Assembly (NCBI RefSeq): GCF_003031585.1
Contig: NZ_PWAA01000009.1
Coordinates: 1 to 56,079 of the forward strand
From: Thalassobius sp. I31.1
Lineage (GTDB): Bacteria > Pseudomonadota > Alphaproteobacteria > Rhodobacterales > Rhodobacteraceae
Length of the DNA: 56,079 nucleotides
Direction: 5' to 3'
In this document: piece after piece, positions 28,998 through 41,782 of the stretch
Layout of the letters: every line of letters starts with the position of its first letter
Position numbering within the stretch: position 1 is the first letter of the stretch
Translations under genes and position numbers: made by a program
The notes under the pieces: model-generated
Told to the model about the DNA's origin: nothing
The model's database searches: none
What the model saw: only the letters and a program-made list of their open reading frames with translations

Positions 28998-29080
28998 TTT
29001 TCTATTTTTCTATTTTTCTATTTTTCTATTTTTCTATTTTTCTATTTTTCTATTTTTCTATTTTTCTAGTTTTCTAGTTT
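28998..29080. repeat. Octanucleotide tandem repeat (TTTTCTAT)n, about 8 perfect copies plus 2 variant TTTTCTAG copies.
   Basis: Direct reading of 28998-29080. Intergenic, about 95 nt upstream of the ATG at 29175. Confidence 0.95.
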
Positions 29081-29174
29081 ACCCCAGAATTCGTGCTGTC
29101 CTGTTAAGACCTGTTGCGCCTTTTGTCCGCTCTGGCCTAGACTAAATTAATCCACTTCCTCTGACGGACAGCCC

Positions 29175-30017
29175 ATGCACCTTGATGTTCTCGACCTTCG
29201 TGAATTTTATTACCGCAGCCTTCTGGGACGGGCGGCACAAAAAGGCGTGCGGGATCGCCTGTTGCAGTTCTGGTCACCGGAGGATGTAAAGGGGCAGAGT
29301 ATCGTGGGCTTTGGCTTTGCTGTTCCGCTGCTGCGGCCCTATCTGCCGACCGCGCGTCGGGTCACTGGCCTTATGCCTGCACAGCAGGGGGTGATGTCCT
29401 GGCCCGCGGGGGAACAGAACGTTGCAGTGCTGGCAGAAGAAACCATGTGGCCGCTGGAAACCGGGTCTGTGGATCGGCTGGTTCTGATGCATGGGCTTGA
29501 AACATCGGACCGTCCGAAAACCTTGCTTGATGAATGCTGGCGCGTATTGGGGCCGGGGGGGCGTGCCGTCTTTATTGTGCCGAACCGGGCCGGGCTCTGG
29601 GCGCGGCGCGATGGTACACCTTTTGGTTATGGCCGCCCTTACAGCAACAGCCAGCTTGAGGCCCAGCTGAAAGCCCATGATTTCATACCCGGTCGTCATA
29701 TGTCGGCCCTGTTTGCGCCGCCCTCTGACAAACGTTTCTGGCTGCGCAGCACGACCCTGTGGGAACGTTTCGGCAAAGCCGCGCCATGGCTTGCTGGTGG
29801 CGTGCTTATGGTGGAAGTAAAGAAACAAATGCTGGCCCCACGTCCGCCCGGGCTTGTGGACCGTGCCCGCAAACCTCTGCGCGTGCTGGAAGGGCTTGTC
29901 GCGCCCGAGGTCAAGCCCATCGGGCGGGAGACATCAGAGAGTGCCGCAAAACCTGCGGACACGCCCGGCGACCTCACCGGGGCGGGATTGCAGCAGAAAA
30001 TGCGGACCAGCGATTAA
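29175..30017 (+). CDS. Class I SAM-dependent methyltransferase (Methyltransf_11-like)
   Basis: Gly-rich SAM-binding fold region. Conserved alphaproteobacterial neighbour of gloB. Confidence 0.6.
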   Translation: MHLDVLDLREFYYRSLLGRAAQKGVRDRLLQFWSPEDVKGQSIVGFGFAVPLLRPYLPTARRVTGLMPAQQGVMSWPAGEQNVAVLAEETMWPLETGSVDRLVLMHGLETSDRPKTLLDECWRVLGPGGRAVFIVPNRAGLWARRDGTPFGYGRPYSNSQLEAQLKAHDFIPGRHMSALFAPPSDKRFWLRSTTLWERFGKAAPWLAGGVLMVEVKKQMLAPRPPGLVDRARKPLRVLEGLVAPEVKPIGRETSESAAKPADTPGDLTGAGLQQKMRTSD

Positions 30018-30614
30018 TTCGGTTGGAATGCCATGATCTTCAAATACCTGCCGCGTGCGTCTGTGCAACAACCGGTCTTCACCAGCACAAAGGGCGAAGG
30101 TGGGCATGCGTAGCGGGTGACGCGCCGGGGTCGTCCTGAGTGTGAGGGTTTCCTTCAGGCGCGCCGCAATGGTTTTGCCGGGCAGGTCTTGCAGGACATC
30201 TGCACAAAGACTTCGGGCCTCAGCTGAGCCATAAGGTCCAAATCCCGCGACATTCATGAGTTGTCGGAAAGATGTCCGGTGTATCGGGGCAATGCAGGCA
30301 AAATCAGCGAACCAGGACGGAAGCTGGCACGGGGCAGAGATAAAGCTGCCAACCCATATGATCCCCTTCAGACCGGCAGGCGGGTCTTGCGCAATGCGCA
30401 GGGCCAGAGGGCCTGAGAAAGATTCGGCAATCAGGACGAAATCTTCATCAGTTTCAGCCATCCTGGCCTTAATGACGGGAAGCAGATCATCATAACCGGA
30501 CAGATGATCCGGGTAGCTCAGACATTCCGTCGGAACTGACGCCGCGAGACAAGCCATAAAATCCGCGCGCAGCGCAGCTTGCCCGTCAAGGCCGGGTAAA
30601 ATCAGAACCTGCAC
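29934..30614 (-). CDS. Alpha/beta hydrolase family protein
   Basis: Nucleophile-elbow-like AESFSG. About 226 aa. Its 3' end overlaps the convergent methyltransferase gene by 84 nt. Confidence 0.6.
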   Translation of the reverse strand: MQVLILPGLDGQAALRADFMACLAASVPTECLSYPDHLSGYDDLLPVIKARMAETDEDFVLIAESFSGPLALRIAQDPPAGLKGIIWVGSFISAPCQLPSWFADFACIAPIHRTSFRQLMNVAGFGPYGSAEARSLCADVLQDLPGKTIAARLKETLTLRTTPARHPLRMPTFALCAGEDRLLHRRTRQVFEDHGIPTELIAGPHFLLQSRPGEVAGRVRRFCGTL

Positions 30615-30953
30615 AGGCTTTCCTTCTGTTGCCTGCTGCTATCATAAGAAACGCTGGTATCCTGCGAAAGAACAATCCGTCCCGACAAGGGAATCGCCCG
30701 CGTGCAGGGAAACTGCTGAAAAACGTCAAACTGACGCTTTACCCATGTCAAAGCGTCGCACCCAGGCGTCGCGCCGGGAAAATCTTCCCAAAAAGTAAAA
30801 GCCATCCACAAGAGATAGCGCAAACCATGTTGCGACAACGCGTCTGCTCTGCTACATCGCTCTCGATTTTGTGCGCAGGGAAACCGGCGCGCCTCACGCT
30901 GTCTGCGCGATCTCCGGCTCATCGGGAAGGGGCACAGGCCAATAATCGGAAGG

Positions 30954-31520
30954 GTGGACGTGTCTGAATCTGCTTCTGTATCAACTGGCATTGCAAACCG
31001 CTATGCCACGGCGGTTTTCGAACTGGCCAAAGAAAGCAAGAAACTGAAGGCGCTGGAAAGCGACCTCGACGCGCTGGGCGCGGCACTTGCTGAAAGCGGC
31101 GAATTCGCCGATCTGATCAATTCGCCGGTGTATACCCGCGAAGAGCAAGGTGCCTCTGTTGGCGCCATCGCCAAGAAAATGAAACTTTCCCCTGCAGTTG
31201 CAAACGCGCTGGCGCTGATGGCGTCTAAGCGTCGTCTTTTTGTGCTGCCGCAGCTGATCAGCGCCCTGGGCGATCTGATTGCTGAAGAAAAGGGCGAAGT
31301 GACTGCGGATGTCGTCAGTGCGAAAGCTCTGACTAAAGCGCAGTCTGAAAAGCTTGCCAAAGTGCTGAAAAGCACTGTTGGGAAAGACGTGAAAATCAAC
31401 GCGACCGTAGATGATGCACTCATCGGTGGTCTTGTTATTAAAGTGGGTTCGCAGATGATCGATAGCTCGGTTGCCTCCAAACTCGCAGCACTCCAGAATT
31501 CAATGAAAGAGGTCGGATAA
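30954..31520 (+). CDS. atpH: F0F1 ATP synthase subunit delta (OSCP)
   Basis: First gene of the atpHAGDC operon. About 188 aa. OSCP-like sequence. Confidence 0.85.
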   Translation: MDVSESASVSTGIANRYATAVFELAKESKKLKALESDLDALGAALAESGEFADLINSPVYTREEQGASVGAIAKKMKLSPAVANALALMASKRRLFVLPQLISALGDLIAEEKGEVTADVVSAKALTKAQSEKLAKVLKSTVGKDVKINATVDDALIGGLVIKVGSQMIDSSVASKLAALQNSMKEVG

Positions 31521-33058
31521 TGGGAATCCAGGCAGCCGAAATCTCTGCGATCCTTAAGGAGCAGATCAAAAACTTTGGCCAGGACGCCGAAGTTGCCGAG
31601 GTGGGCCGCGTGCTCTCCGTTGGTGACGGTATTGCGCGTGTACACGGGCTGGATAACATCCAGGCTGGTGAAATGGTCGAATTCCCAGGTGGGATCCGCG
31701 GCATGGCGCTGAACCTTGAAGCTGACAACGTAGGTGTTGTTATCTTCGGTTCCGACCGTGACATTAAAGAAGGCGACACAGTTAAGCGTACCAACGCGAT
31801 TGTGGACGTTCCAGTTGGTGAAGAACTGCTGGGTCGTGTTGTTGACGGTCTGGGTAACCCGATCGACGGCAAAGGTCCGATCAAAACCAAAAAGCGTTCC
31901 ATTGCTGACCAGAAAGCGCCGGGCATCATCCCGCGTAAATCTGTGCACGAGCCAATGGCAACCGGCCTGAAATCTGTTGATGCGATGATCCCTGTTGGCC
32001 GTGGCCAGCGTGAGCTTATCATTGGTGACCGTCAGACTGGTAAAACAGCGATCGCGCTCGACACCATCCTGAACCAGAAGTCTTATAACGAGGCTGCTGG
32101 CGACGATGATTCCAAGAAACTGTACTGCGTATACGTTGCGATCGGCCAAAAGCGTTCCACCGTTGCACAGCTGGTGAAGAAACTGGAAGAATCCGGCGCG
32201 ATTGACTATTCAATCGTTGTTGCTGCGACTGCTTCTGACCCTGCACCAATGCAGTTCCTGGCACCATATGCTGCGACGTCCATGGCGGAATACTTCCGTG
32301 ACAGCGGCAAGCACGCACTGATCATCTATGATGACCTGTCCAAGCAAGCGGTTTCTTATCGTCAGATGTCCCTGCTGCTGCGTCGTCCACCCGGACGTGA
32401 AGCTTACCCAGGTGACGTTTTCTATCTTCACTCTCGTCTGCTGGAACGTTCTTCCAAGCTGAACGAAGATAACGGTTCCGGTTCCCTGACTGCTCTGCCA
32501 GTGATCGAAACACAGGGCGGCGACGTTTCCGCGTTTATTCCAACCAACGTGATTTCCATCACCGACGGTCAGATCTTCCTGGAAACCGAACTGTTCTATC
32601 AGGGCATCCGTCCTGCGGTGAACACCGGTCTGTCAGTATCCCGTGTGGGTTCTTCTGCGCAAACCAAAGCTATGTCCTCTGTGGCTGGCCCGGTTAAACT
32701 GTCTCTCGCTCAGTACCGAGAGATGGCAGCGTTTGCTCAGTTTGGTTCCGACCTTGACGCCGCAACCCAGCAGCTGCTGGCCCGTGGCGCACGTCTGACC
32801 GAGCTGATGAAACAGCCGCAGTATTCCCCGCTGACCAACTCTGAAATCGTTTGCGTGATCTACGCGGGCACCAACGGCTACCTCGACAACATCGAAGTGT
32901 CTGACGTTGGCCGCTACGAAGCCGGCATGCTGAACCACCTGCGTTCCAAGCACGCTGACCTTCTGGCAGACATCACCGAAAATGACCGTAAGGTTAAAGG
33001 TGAGCTTGCTGACAAGATCAAAGCCGCGCTGGACGAATTCGCAGCTGACTTCGCTTAA
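31520..33058 (+). CDS. atpA: F0F1 ATP synthase subunit alpha
   Basis: Walker A GDRQTGKT. 512 aa. Confidence 0.97.
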   Translation: MGIQAAEISAILKEQIKNFGQDAEVAEVGRVLSVGDGIARVHGLDNIQAGEMVEFPGGIRGMALNLEADNVGVVIFGSDRDIKEGDTVKRTNAIVDVPVGEELLGRVVDGLGNPIDGKGPIKTKKRSIADQKAPGIIPRKSVHEPMATGLKSVDAMIPVGRGQRELIIGDRQTGKTAIALDTILNQKSYNEAAGDDDSKKLYCVYVAIGQKRSTVAQLVKKLEESGAIDYSIVVAATASDPAPMQFLAPYAATSMAEYFRDSGKHALIIYDDLSKQAVSYRQMSLLLRRPPGREAYPGDVFYLHSRLLERSSKLNEDNGSGSLTALPVIETQGGDVSAFIPTNVISITDGQIFLETELFYQGIRPAVNTGLSVSRVGSSAQTKAMSSVAGPVKLSLAQYREMAAFAQFGSDLDAATQQLLARGARLTELMKQPQYSPLTNSEIVCVIYAGTNGYLDNIEVSDVGRYEAGMLNHLRSKHADLLADITENDRKVKGELADKIKAALDEFAADFA

Positions 33059-33077
33059 ACCAGGACTGGATATTTAA

Positions 33078-35392
<2,315 letters not shown>

Positions 35393-35403
35393 AGGAGGGT
35401 CGC

Positions 35404-35808
35404 ATGGCCGATACAATGCAATTTGATCTGGTCTCACCGGAAAAGAACCTGGCCTCTCTGGAAGCCACAGAGGTTCAGATTCCGGCGGCCGAGGGTGACC
35501 TCACCGCAATGGCCGGCCACGCCCCGCTGATCACCACTCTGCGTCCTGGTATCCTCAAGATCCAGGGCGGTGGTGAAACGCAGGCATTCGCAGTAACCGG
35601 TGGTTTTGCCGAAGTGTCCTCCAGCGCGACTTCCGTGCTGGCGGAACAGGCAATCCCGGCGTCTGACCTGACACAGGATGCTTTTGCTGCGCTTATCGCG
35701 GAAGCAAAAGAAGATCGTGATCAGGCGTCTGACACCGGCCGCGATGTGGCTGACAAGCGTCTGAATGACCTGACTGCTATGGGTGCAGAACTGGGCCTTT
35801 CCGCCTGA
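35404..35808 (+). CDS. atpC: F0F1 ATP synthase subunit epsilon
   Basis: 134 aa. Last gene of the operon. Confidence 0.9.
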   Translation: MADTMQFDLVSPEKNLASLEATEVQIPAAEGDLTAMAGHAPLITTLRPGILKIQGGGETQAFAVTGGFAEVSSSATSVLAEQAIPASDLTQDAFAALIAEAKEDRDQASDTGRDVADKRLNDLTAMGAELGLSA

Positions 35809-35857
35809 TCTGTAGCACTGCAGACCGTTGACATAAGGTCACGGGGAATATTATTCA

Positions 35858-35890
35858 GAAAAGCCCCGCAATTTAGTGGGGCTTTTTTGC
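35858..35890 (+). terminator. Rho-independent terminator after atpC.
   Basis: AAGCCCC...GGGGCTT stem followed by TTTTTT. Confidence 0.75.
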
Positions 35891-35947
35891 TTTTTTGAAA
35901 TGAATTCCTCTGTATTTATTATCTTAGAGCGAGTGAAAAACGATTCG

Positions 35948-36298
35948 ATGTTGAAAATTGAAAGCCATATGACCGGAATTGATACCGGAGAGCAGGTAAT
36001 GTTCTCTGATTTCGAAGATGATGGCCCGATGTGGAAGGGCCAGGGCCCGCGTCAAAGCCGCCATAAGGTGAAGTTTTCTCAGCGTTTTAATACGATCCCT
36101 GTGGTGCAGGTTAATCTGTCCATGTGGGACGCGGACAGCAAAACCAATTTGCGTGGTGATCTTCAGGCGGAAAATGTGACACGTGATGGGTTCGAGCTGG
36201 TGTTTCGCACCTGGGGCGATTCCCGTGTAGCCCGGATCCGCACGTCCTGGATGGCAATTGGTCCGGTGGGCCATGAAGAGGAGTGGGATCTTTACTGA
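35948..36298 (+). CDS. H-type lectin domain protein (small, 116 aa)
   Basis: Pattern MFSDFEDDGPMW...FSQRFNTIPVVQVNLSMWDAD...VTRDGFELVFRTWGDSRVARIRTSWMAIGP matches the H_lectin fold signature (F..F...P.V...........GF......W.......W.A.G). Confidence 0.6.
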   Translation: MLKIESHMTGIDTGEQVMFSDFEDDGPMWKGQGPRQSRHKVKFSQRFNTIPVVQVNLSMWDADSKTNLRGDLQAENVTRDGFELVFRTWGDSRVARIRTSWMAIGPVGHEEEWDLY

Positions 36299-36635
36299 TC
36301 CGCGCGACGCTCCCTTGCGGGCCCGCCCCGCTTTTTCTCTGGTCTGAAGTATCGCGGGTTAGCCATCGTACGCCCCCTTATGATTTCTCAAGATGTGGGC
36401 GGCATGGTTCTGCCTGATCGATCACACCCGGACCACAAGGCCCGGGAACCATAAACGGAACGAGGCCCGATAAAATACCGGGCGAAACAAGCTGCCTCAC
36501 CGGGGTTAACCATCCCGGTCTCATTCTCCGTCTGGGCGGCGCCGCCATTTTACCAACGGCACGATCTTCATACCTTACAGATATCGCAGCGACCGGGCAG
36601 GGCAGGGGCTTTGCACCGGTATTTGTGCTGCCCAA

Positions 36636-36671
36636 TAAAAAAGCCGGTGTCGTGAAACACCGGCTTTTGCA
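36636..36671. terminator. Bidirectional terminator downstream of prs (-).
   Basis: A-run, AAGCCGGTGT...ACACCGGCTT stem, then T-run. Confidence 0.75.
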
Positions 36672-36687
36672 ATTTATGCGCCCGGGA

Positions 36688-37710
36688 TTAGCCCAGAGAA
36701 TAGTGCCCTTCATACAGCGGCACGAGGGTCTGGTGATCAAACAGGGAAGACACAGAGGTGCCGCTCCAGGTGTTGATGATCGCCTGGGCAAACATCGGTG
36801 CGGTCTGAACGATACGGATATTCGGCGCGGCCTTCACAGCCTCGGTTGCCTCGATGGTATCCGTGATCACCAGGTTCTTCATCACAGAATTGGTGATACG
36901 TTCCACCGCAGGGCCCGACAGAACACCGTGAGTGATGTAGGAGTGCACTTCCTTCGCACCGTTCTCCATCAAGACCTCAGCGGCCTTACAGAGCGTGCCA
37001 GCGGTATCCACGATGTCATCGATGATCAGGCAGACTTTGTCTTTCACATCACCAATCACGGTCATCTCAGCCACTTCACCTGGCTTGCCACGGCGTTTGT
37101 CCACGATGGACAGAGGCGCGCCAATACGTTGCGCCAGATCACGGGCACGGGCAACGCCACCCACATCAGGGGACACCACCATGATGTCTTCCATCTGATC
37201 TTTGAAGTGGTGCTGCACATCCAGCGCATAGATCGGGGAAGCGTAAAGGTTGTCTACAGGAATATCAAAGAAACCCTGGATCTGGGTTGCGTGCAGGTCC
37301 AGCGTCAGGATGCGTTCCACACCGGCTTCGACCAGCATATTGGCAACCAGTTTCGCAGAGATCGGTGTACGGGCCTTGGCGCGGCGGTCCTGACGGGCAT
37401 AGCCGAAGTAAGGGATCACAGCGGTGATACGGTCAGCTGAAGAACGACGCAGGGCGTCGGCAATGATCAGCAGTTCCATCAGATTGTCATTGGCAGGGTT
37501 TGACGTCGGCTGGATAATATACATATCCTCGCCGCGGACGTTTTCATAAACTTCGACGAAGATTTCGCCGTCGTTAAAGCGTTCAACGCGGGCATCCAGC
37601 AGATTGATCGGCTGACCACGGTGCATAGAGATGCGGCGGGAAACAGCCTTGGCAAGGGATTGGTTGGCGTTACCGGCGATCAGTTTCGGCTCAGAGGTGG
37701 GTGTGGGCAT
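36688..37710 (-). CDS. prs: Ribose-phosphate pyrophosphokinase
   Basis: PRPP-binding motif and Prs flag sequence ([14 protein letters not shown]). Confidence 0.95.
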   Translation of the reverse strand: MPTPTSEPKLIAGNANQSLAKAVSRRISMHRGQPINLLDARVERFNDGEIFVEVYENVRGEDMYIIQPTSNPANDNLMELLIIADALRRSSADRITAVIPYFGYARQDRRAKARTPISAKLVANMLVEAGVERILTLDLHATQIQGFFDIPVDNLYASPIYALDVQHHFKDQMEDIMVVSPDVGGVARARDLAQRIGAPLSIVDKRRGKPGEVAEMTVIGDVKDKVCLIIDDIVDTAGTLCKAAEVLMENGAKEVHSYITHGVLSGPAVERITNSVMKNLVITDTIEATEAVKAAPNIRIVQTAPMFAQAIINTWSGTSVSSLFDHQTLVPLYEGHYSLG

Positions 37711-37833
37711 GATGAGGTCCTGGTTGGCGCAGATCGTAACAGAATCGTGACGTGACACCGCTTACCACCGCGATAGGTTCAAATAAAGAAAAGACAGCAA
37801 GACTTGCCGATTCAGACAGGAGAGAGTGCCCAA

Positions 37834-38433
37834 ATGGCCCATATTGATTACTACTTCGCGACAATTTCCCCCTTCACCTACCTCGCAGGCGAAGGGCTTG
37901 AAGCGATTGCAGAAAAGCACGGTGCATCCGTGACTTACAAACCGCTGGATATTATGGCGCTGTTTGCCCGTACCGGGGGAGTGCCCCCCAAAGATCGCCA
38001 TCCGAACCGGATTGCTTACCGGGGCCAGGAACTGGCGCGCGCGGCGAAAAAGGCCGGGATGGATATGAACATGCAGCCCGCCCATTTCCCGACCAATATG
38101 GCGCCGTCTTCCTATGCGATCATCGCAGCGCAAAACGCTGGTGGCGGGGATATGGGCAAGCTTGTGCATTCCGTGCTGACGGCCTGCTGGGCAGAAGAGA
38201 AAAACGTCGCCGATGAGGATGTGATCCGGGATTGCCTTACAGGCGCCGGCTTTGACGCCTCACTTGCCGACAGCGGTCTCCTTGCCGGCGCGGAAACCTA
38301 TGCGCGAAACCTTGAGGACGCAGTCGAAGCCGGCGTTTTTGGTGCACCGTTCTACGTGCTGGATGACGGGACGTTATACTGGGGACATGACAAACTGGAA
38401 GATCTTGATCTTCACCTGTCCGGCAAACTCTGA
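37834..38433 (+). CDS. 2-hydroxychromene-2-carboxylate isomerase / DsbA-like family protein
   Basis: N-terminus IDYYFATISPFTYL and C-terminal GAPFYVLDDGTLYWGHDKLEDL are typical of the HCCA isomerase family. AGGAGAG RBS. Confidence 0.7.
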   Translation: MAHIDYYFATISPFTYLAGEGLEAIAEKHGASVTYKPLDIMALFARTGGVPPKDRHPNRIAYRGQELARAAKKAGMDMNMQPAHFPTNMAPSSYAIIAAQNAGGGDMGKLVHSVLTACWAEEKNVADEDVIRDCLTGAGFDASLADSGLLAGAETYARNLEDAVEAGVFGAPFYVLDDGTLYWGHDKLEDLDLHLSGKL

Positions 38434-38468
38434 CATCAACGGCCGGAGACTGATCAGGGATCCGGCCA

Positions 38469-39260
38469 ATGACATTACCAACAGATGCCTACTGGCGTGA
38501 ATGGGGCGCGGACAATACGCGCGAGGCCTTGCTTTTGCATTGCGGAAACGCCCATTCCGGGGCCTGGAAAGGGTTGGCAGCACATCTGGAAAGTGATCTG
38601 CATATGGTCGCGACAGATCATCCAGGCCATGGGCGTTCCCCTGCCTGGGATGAAAGCCGCCCTTTGCATGATCAGGCCACGGAATATGCCCGGGCTGCCT
38701 TCCCGGCAGATGGCCCGCTTGATCTGATCGGGCATTCCTTTGGCGGCACTGTGGCCCTGCGTCTGGCGCTGGAAAATCCGGATCGTGTGCGCAGCCTGAC
38801 CCTGATTGAACCGGTGCTGTTCTGTACGCTGAAGGGCACGCAGGCCCATGCGGAGTCCTTCGCTTTGGCGCAACCTCTGAAAGCTTTGATTGATGCAGGC
38901 CAGCGGGAAGAGGCCGCACGGCAATTCACCAACCTCTGGGGCAATGGCACGACCTGGGAAGACCTGCCGGACAATCAACGCGCTTATATCATCCAATACA
39001 TCCACCTGATCCCGGCCAGCTGGCATACGATCTATTTTGATGAAGATGGCCATTTCGCGCCGGAACACCTGCGGGGCCTGCGCTGTCCGGTACAGATCAT
39101 TCGCGGTGAATATTCCCCGGCGGATATCACCCTGATCCATCAGAAGCTGGAAAAGGCCTTTGGTATCCGGGAACATGTGGTTGCCGGCGCAGGTCACATG
39201 GTGCCCATCACGCATCCGGAAGTGGTTGCAGGGCTTGTGGGGGGATTTATGGATTTCTGA
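38469..39260 (+). CDS. Alpha/beta hydrolase
   Basis: HGxG-like oxyanion region LLLHCG and nucleophile elbow GHSFGG. 263 aa. Confidence 0.75.
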   Translation: MTLPTDAYWREWGADNTREALLLHCGNAHSGAWKGLAAHLESDLHMVATDHPGHGRSPAWDESRPLHDQATEYARAAFPADGPLDLIGHSFGGTVALRLALENPDRVRSLTLIEPVLFCTLKGTQAHAESFALAQPLKALIDAGQREEAARQFTNLWGNGTTWEDLPDNQRAYIIQYIHLIPASWHTIYFDEDGHFAPEHLRGLRCPVQIIRGEYSPADITLIHQKLEKAFGIREHVVAGAGHMVPITHPEVVAGLVGGFMDF

Positions 39261-40172
39261 TCAGGTTTCGCGGCACAGCGCATAGTTATCAGGATCAAAC
39301 TTCAGGCGGGATATCTTAACCACATCACCAAAGCGAACATTCAGCTCAGTAAATAAATCCTGGTCTGCATTTTTCCCGACCAGTATTTCTGTCACTTCCA
39401 TGCCGGGAGTGGCGCGATAGCCAGGGCCGCGATCATCAATATGGGAAATTCGCCATTCTTTTTCATACTTCCAGTCGATGGCTTTGGTCAGAAACAGGTG
39501 TTCAAAGGTCTTTTGGGTTCTGTTTGTGTTAAAGAATTTCTCGTTCTCATGCTTCAGTTTGGCATGTCCGATATATTCCATCATCTCAACGGTAGAGATT
39601 TTTGGCCGCTCTGTTGCATAGTCAACCTGAACCGGGCCAATATGGCTGGCCTGCATTTGGGTTTCGTCCACGCTATAACAAAGGCAAATACCACGATGGC
39701 CATTTCCATAGTGGCTCCACATCAGAAGGTTTGCCCATTCTTCAGAAAAACACTTAATTTTAGTTGCCTCTCGCACCCGAGGAAAACCTGCGTGGATTTC
39801 ACGCGTTACATATTTGGCGGCTTCCAATGTATGCCCGACCAGCCCCCGATAGTCTTTTGCGGCTACGCCATGAAGCTGAAACTCGGCGGCAATATTCGTC
39901 CCTGTAAAGCTGCGGTCTTTGCCGAAAACAGCCTCAAAGCGCCTTAGGTAGCCCCGGACGTCTTTGAGCTTTGAAGCAATAAAAGAGGGGCGAGCTTCAA
40001 ATGGATCATTTTGTTGCGACAGTGACGCCATATAGTGTCGTTGACGATGTATAGCGTTTTCCAGATCCGGCCAGAATTTCCTGACGTTTTCTTCAGGTTC
40101 TTGTGATGGCGAAATAAAGCGATACAGGGTCTTGGGAATTTCCGGGCGGATGATATCTGTGATTTTGTTCAT
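39261..40172 (-). CDS. DUF2971 family protein, with lower GC than its surroundings
   Basis: N-terminus TLYRFIS...NDPFE and central LLMWSHYGNGHRGICL match DUF2971 hallmarks. Strong AGGAG RBS. The stop abuts the convergent hydrolase gene with no gap. Confidence 0.6.
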   Translation of the reverse strand: MNKITDIIRPEIPKTLYRFISPSQEPEENVRKFWPDLENAIHRQRHYMASLSQQNDPFEARPSFIASKLKDVRGYLRRFEAVFGKDRSFTGTNIAAEFQLHGVAAKDYRGLVGHTLEAAKYVTREIHAGFPRVREATKIKCFSEEWANLLMWSHYGNGHRGICLCYSVDETQMQASHIGPVQVDYATERPKISTVEMMEYIGHAKLKHENEKFFNTNRTQKTFEHLFLTKAIDWKYEKEWRISHIDDRGPGYRATPGMEVTEILVGKNADQDLFTELNVRFGDVVKISRLKFDPDNYALCRET

Positions 40173-40283
40173 GCTGAATGAACTCCTGTGAATGCCGTGA
40201 AGCAAACACAGGCGCAGATGCAGGTCAACATTCCTGATCTCGCTGTTGCCCGAGCGTCACGGGCCATTAGGCCCTGAGCTCAC

Positions 40284-41333
40284 TCAGCCTTTGACCAGGC
40301 TGACAAAGCGATCAATGCGCGCGTCGCTGATGGACCAGTCGCAGACCATGCGGGCCATCAGCAGTTCATCGGGATCGTCGCCCTCAAGATCATCGTTCCA
40401 GACATAATAAAGCGCCCCGGCATCCTGCAGGCGTTTATGGGCAGAGCGGGGGAAGCTGGCGAAAACGATATTGGCGTCGGTTTCAAATTCAAAGCGCACA
40501 TGTTCAGACTGGCGCAGACCCATTGCCAGGCGGCGGGCATTGGTATTTGCCGAATTGGCCAGTTCCACCCACAGATCATTTGCCAGGTACGCCAGCATCT
40601 GCGCCGACAGATATCGGTGTTTGGAAAACAGATGCGCGCCCCGTTTACGGCGCAACTCGAACTCCCAGGCGTGTTTCGGGTCAAAGAAAATCACCGCTTC
40701 CACACCCATCAACCCGTTTTTCGTGCCGCCAAAACTGACCGCATCTACACCTGCCCGCCAGGTCATATCCGCCGGACTGCACCCAAGCGACACCATCGCA
40801 TTGGTGAAACGTGCGCCGTCCAGATGCACGGGCAGGTCGTATTCTTTTGCCACAGCTGTCAGCGCCCGGATTTCAGAGATGCTGTAAACTGTGCCGCGTT
40901 CCGTGACCTGGGTGATCGACACAGGGCCGCGTTGCGGGCCGTGTACGCCGCGGCTTTCTTCCTTGGCGATACTGGCGCGCAGGGCGTCCGGCGTCATCTT
41001 GGCATTCACAGCAGGCACCAGCGTCAGCTTACCGCCGCCCATGTAGAATTCCGGGGCATTGCATTCGTCTTCATGGATGTGGGCCATAGGGGAACAGAAC
41101 ACGGTTTCCCAGGGATTGGACAGGGTTGCCAGCGCAAGCGAGTTCGCAGCCGTGCCTGTTGCCACCAGATAGACCGCGGCTTCGGGCGCATCAAACATCT
41201 GACGGATGCGTTTCACGACCTCTTGATTGATGCGGTCCGCCCCGTAAGGCATGGCGTAATGGTCATTGGCGGCTTCCAGTGCGGCCATCACATTCGGGTG
41301 CACGGGGCCTGCGTTGTCAGAGGCGAAATACAT
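40284..41333 (-). CDS. ltaE: Low-specificity L-threonine aldolase (beta-eliminating lyase family)
   Basis: PLP-fold motifs (GTAANSLALATL, FGGTKNG). 349 aa. Confidence 0.8.
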   Translation of the reverse strand: MYFASDNAGPVHPNVMAALEAANDHYAMPYGADRINQEVVKRIRQMFDAPEAAVYLVATGTAANSLALATLSNPWETVFCSPMAHIHEDECNAPEFYMGGGKLTLVPAVNAKMTPDALRASIAKEESRGVHGPQRGPVSITQVTERGTVYSISEIRALTAVAKEYDLPVHLDGARFTNAMVSLGCSPADMTWRAGVDAVSFGGTKNGLMGVEAVIFFDPKHAWEFELRRKRGAHLFSKHRYLSAQMLAYLANDLWVELANSANTNARRLAMGLRQSEHVRFEFETDANIVFASFPRSAHKRLQDAGALYYVWNDDLEGDDPDELLMARMVCDWSISDARIDRFVSLVKG

Positions 41334-41782
41334 CAGAGTTGCTCCTCAATCAGATAATGTTCCCACTCCTCCTCGGGAACTTCAAATTCCGGGACAGTCT
41401 GCCCCTGCATGGAAATCCCGGCCTTATGGACGCTTTCGGGATCACCGGAAATCAACGGGTGCCAGTCGGCCAGCCCGCGCCCTTCATGCAGGCGGCGATA
41501 GGCACAGCTGTAAGGCATGAAATAGGACACATCGGGCAGGGTCTTTGGCGTCAGCACAATACATTCCGGCACGAACTGGCGGCGGATTTCATATTGGGAA
41601 CAGCGGCAGGTTTCATCATCCAGCAGGCGGCAAGCCACGCGGGTAAAGACAACAACGCCGCTGTCTTCATCTTCCAGTTTGTTCAGGCAGCATTTACCGC
41701 AACTATCACACAGCGCTTCCCACTCTTCTGCTTTCAGCTGGTCAAACGGGTATTTCTCCCAGAACTTTGCACGCAGAGTCAT
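41333..41782 (-). CDS. YcgN/UPF0260 family cysteine-cluster protein
   Basis: CDSCGKCC...C.C motif pattern. About 149 aa. ATGA overlap with the upstream ribF gene. Confidence 0.7.
   Translation of the reverse strand: MTLRAKFWEKYPFDQLKAEEWEALCDSCGKCCLNKLEDEDSGVVVFTRVACRLLDDETCRCSQYEIRRQFVPECIVLTPKTLPDVSYFMPYSCAYRRLHEGRGLADWHPLISGDPESVHKAGISMQGQTVPEFEVPEEEWEHYLIEEQL

Noticed and set aside
28998-29080. Possible CRISPR array
   Set aside because: The repeat unit is only 8 bp and perfectly tandem with no spacers. It is a microsatellite, not a CRISPR array. No cas genes are present.
30615-30953. About 340-nt region upstream of atpH as a possible separate element
   Set aside because: It is consistent with a normal long leader and promoter of the atp operon. 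No repeats or ORFs noted.
36380-36640. SRP RNA / tmRNA / 6S RNA candidates in the GC-rich non-coding region
   Set aside because: I could not find the conserved SRP helix-8 motif (GGAAGCAGCC-like), a tmRNA tRNA-like end with CCA, or RNase P P4 elements by eye. It is kept only as a generic structured-RNA candidate.
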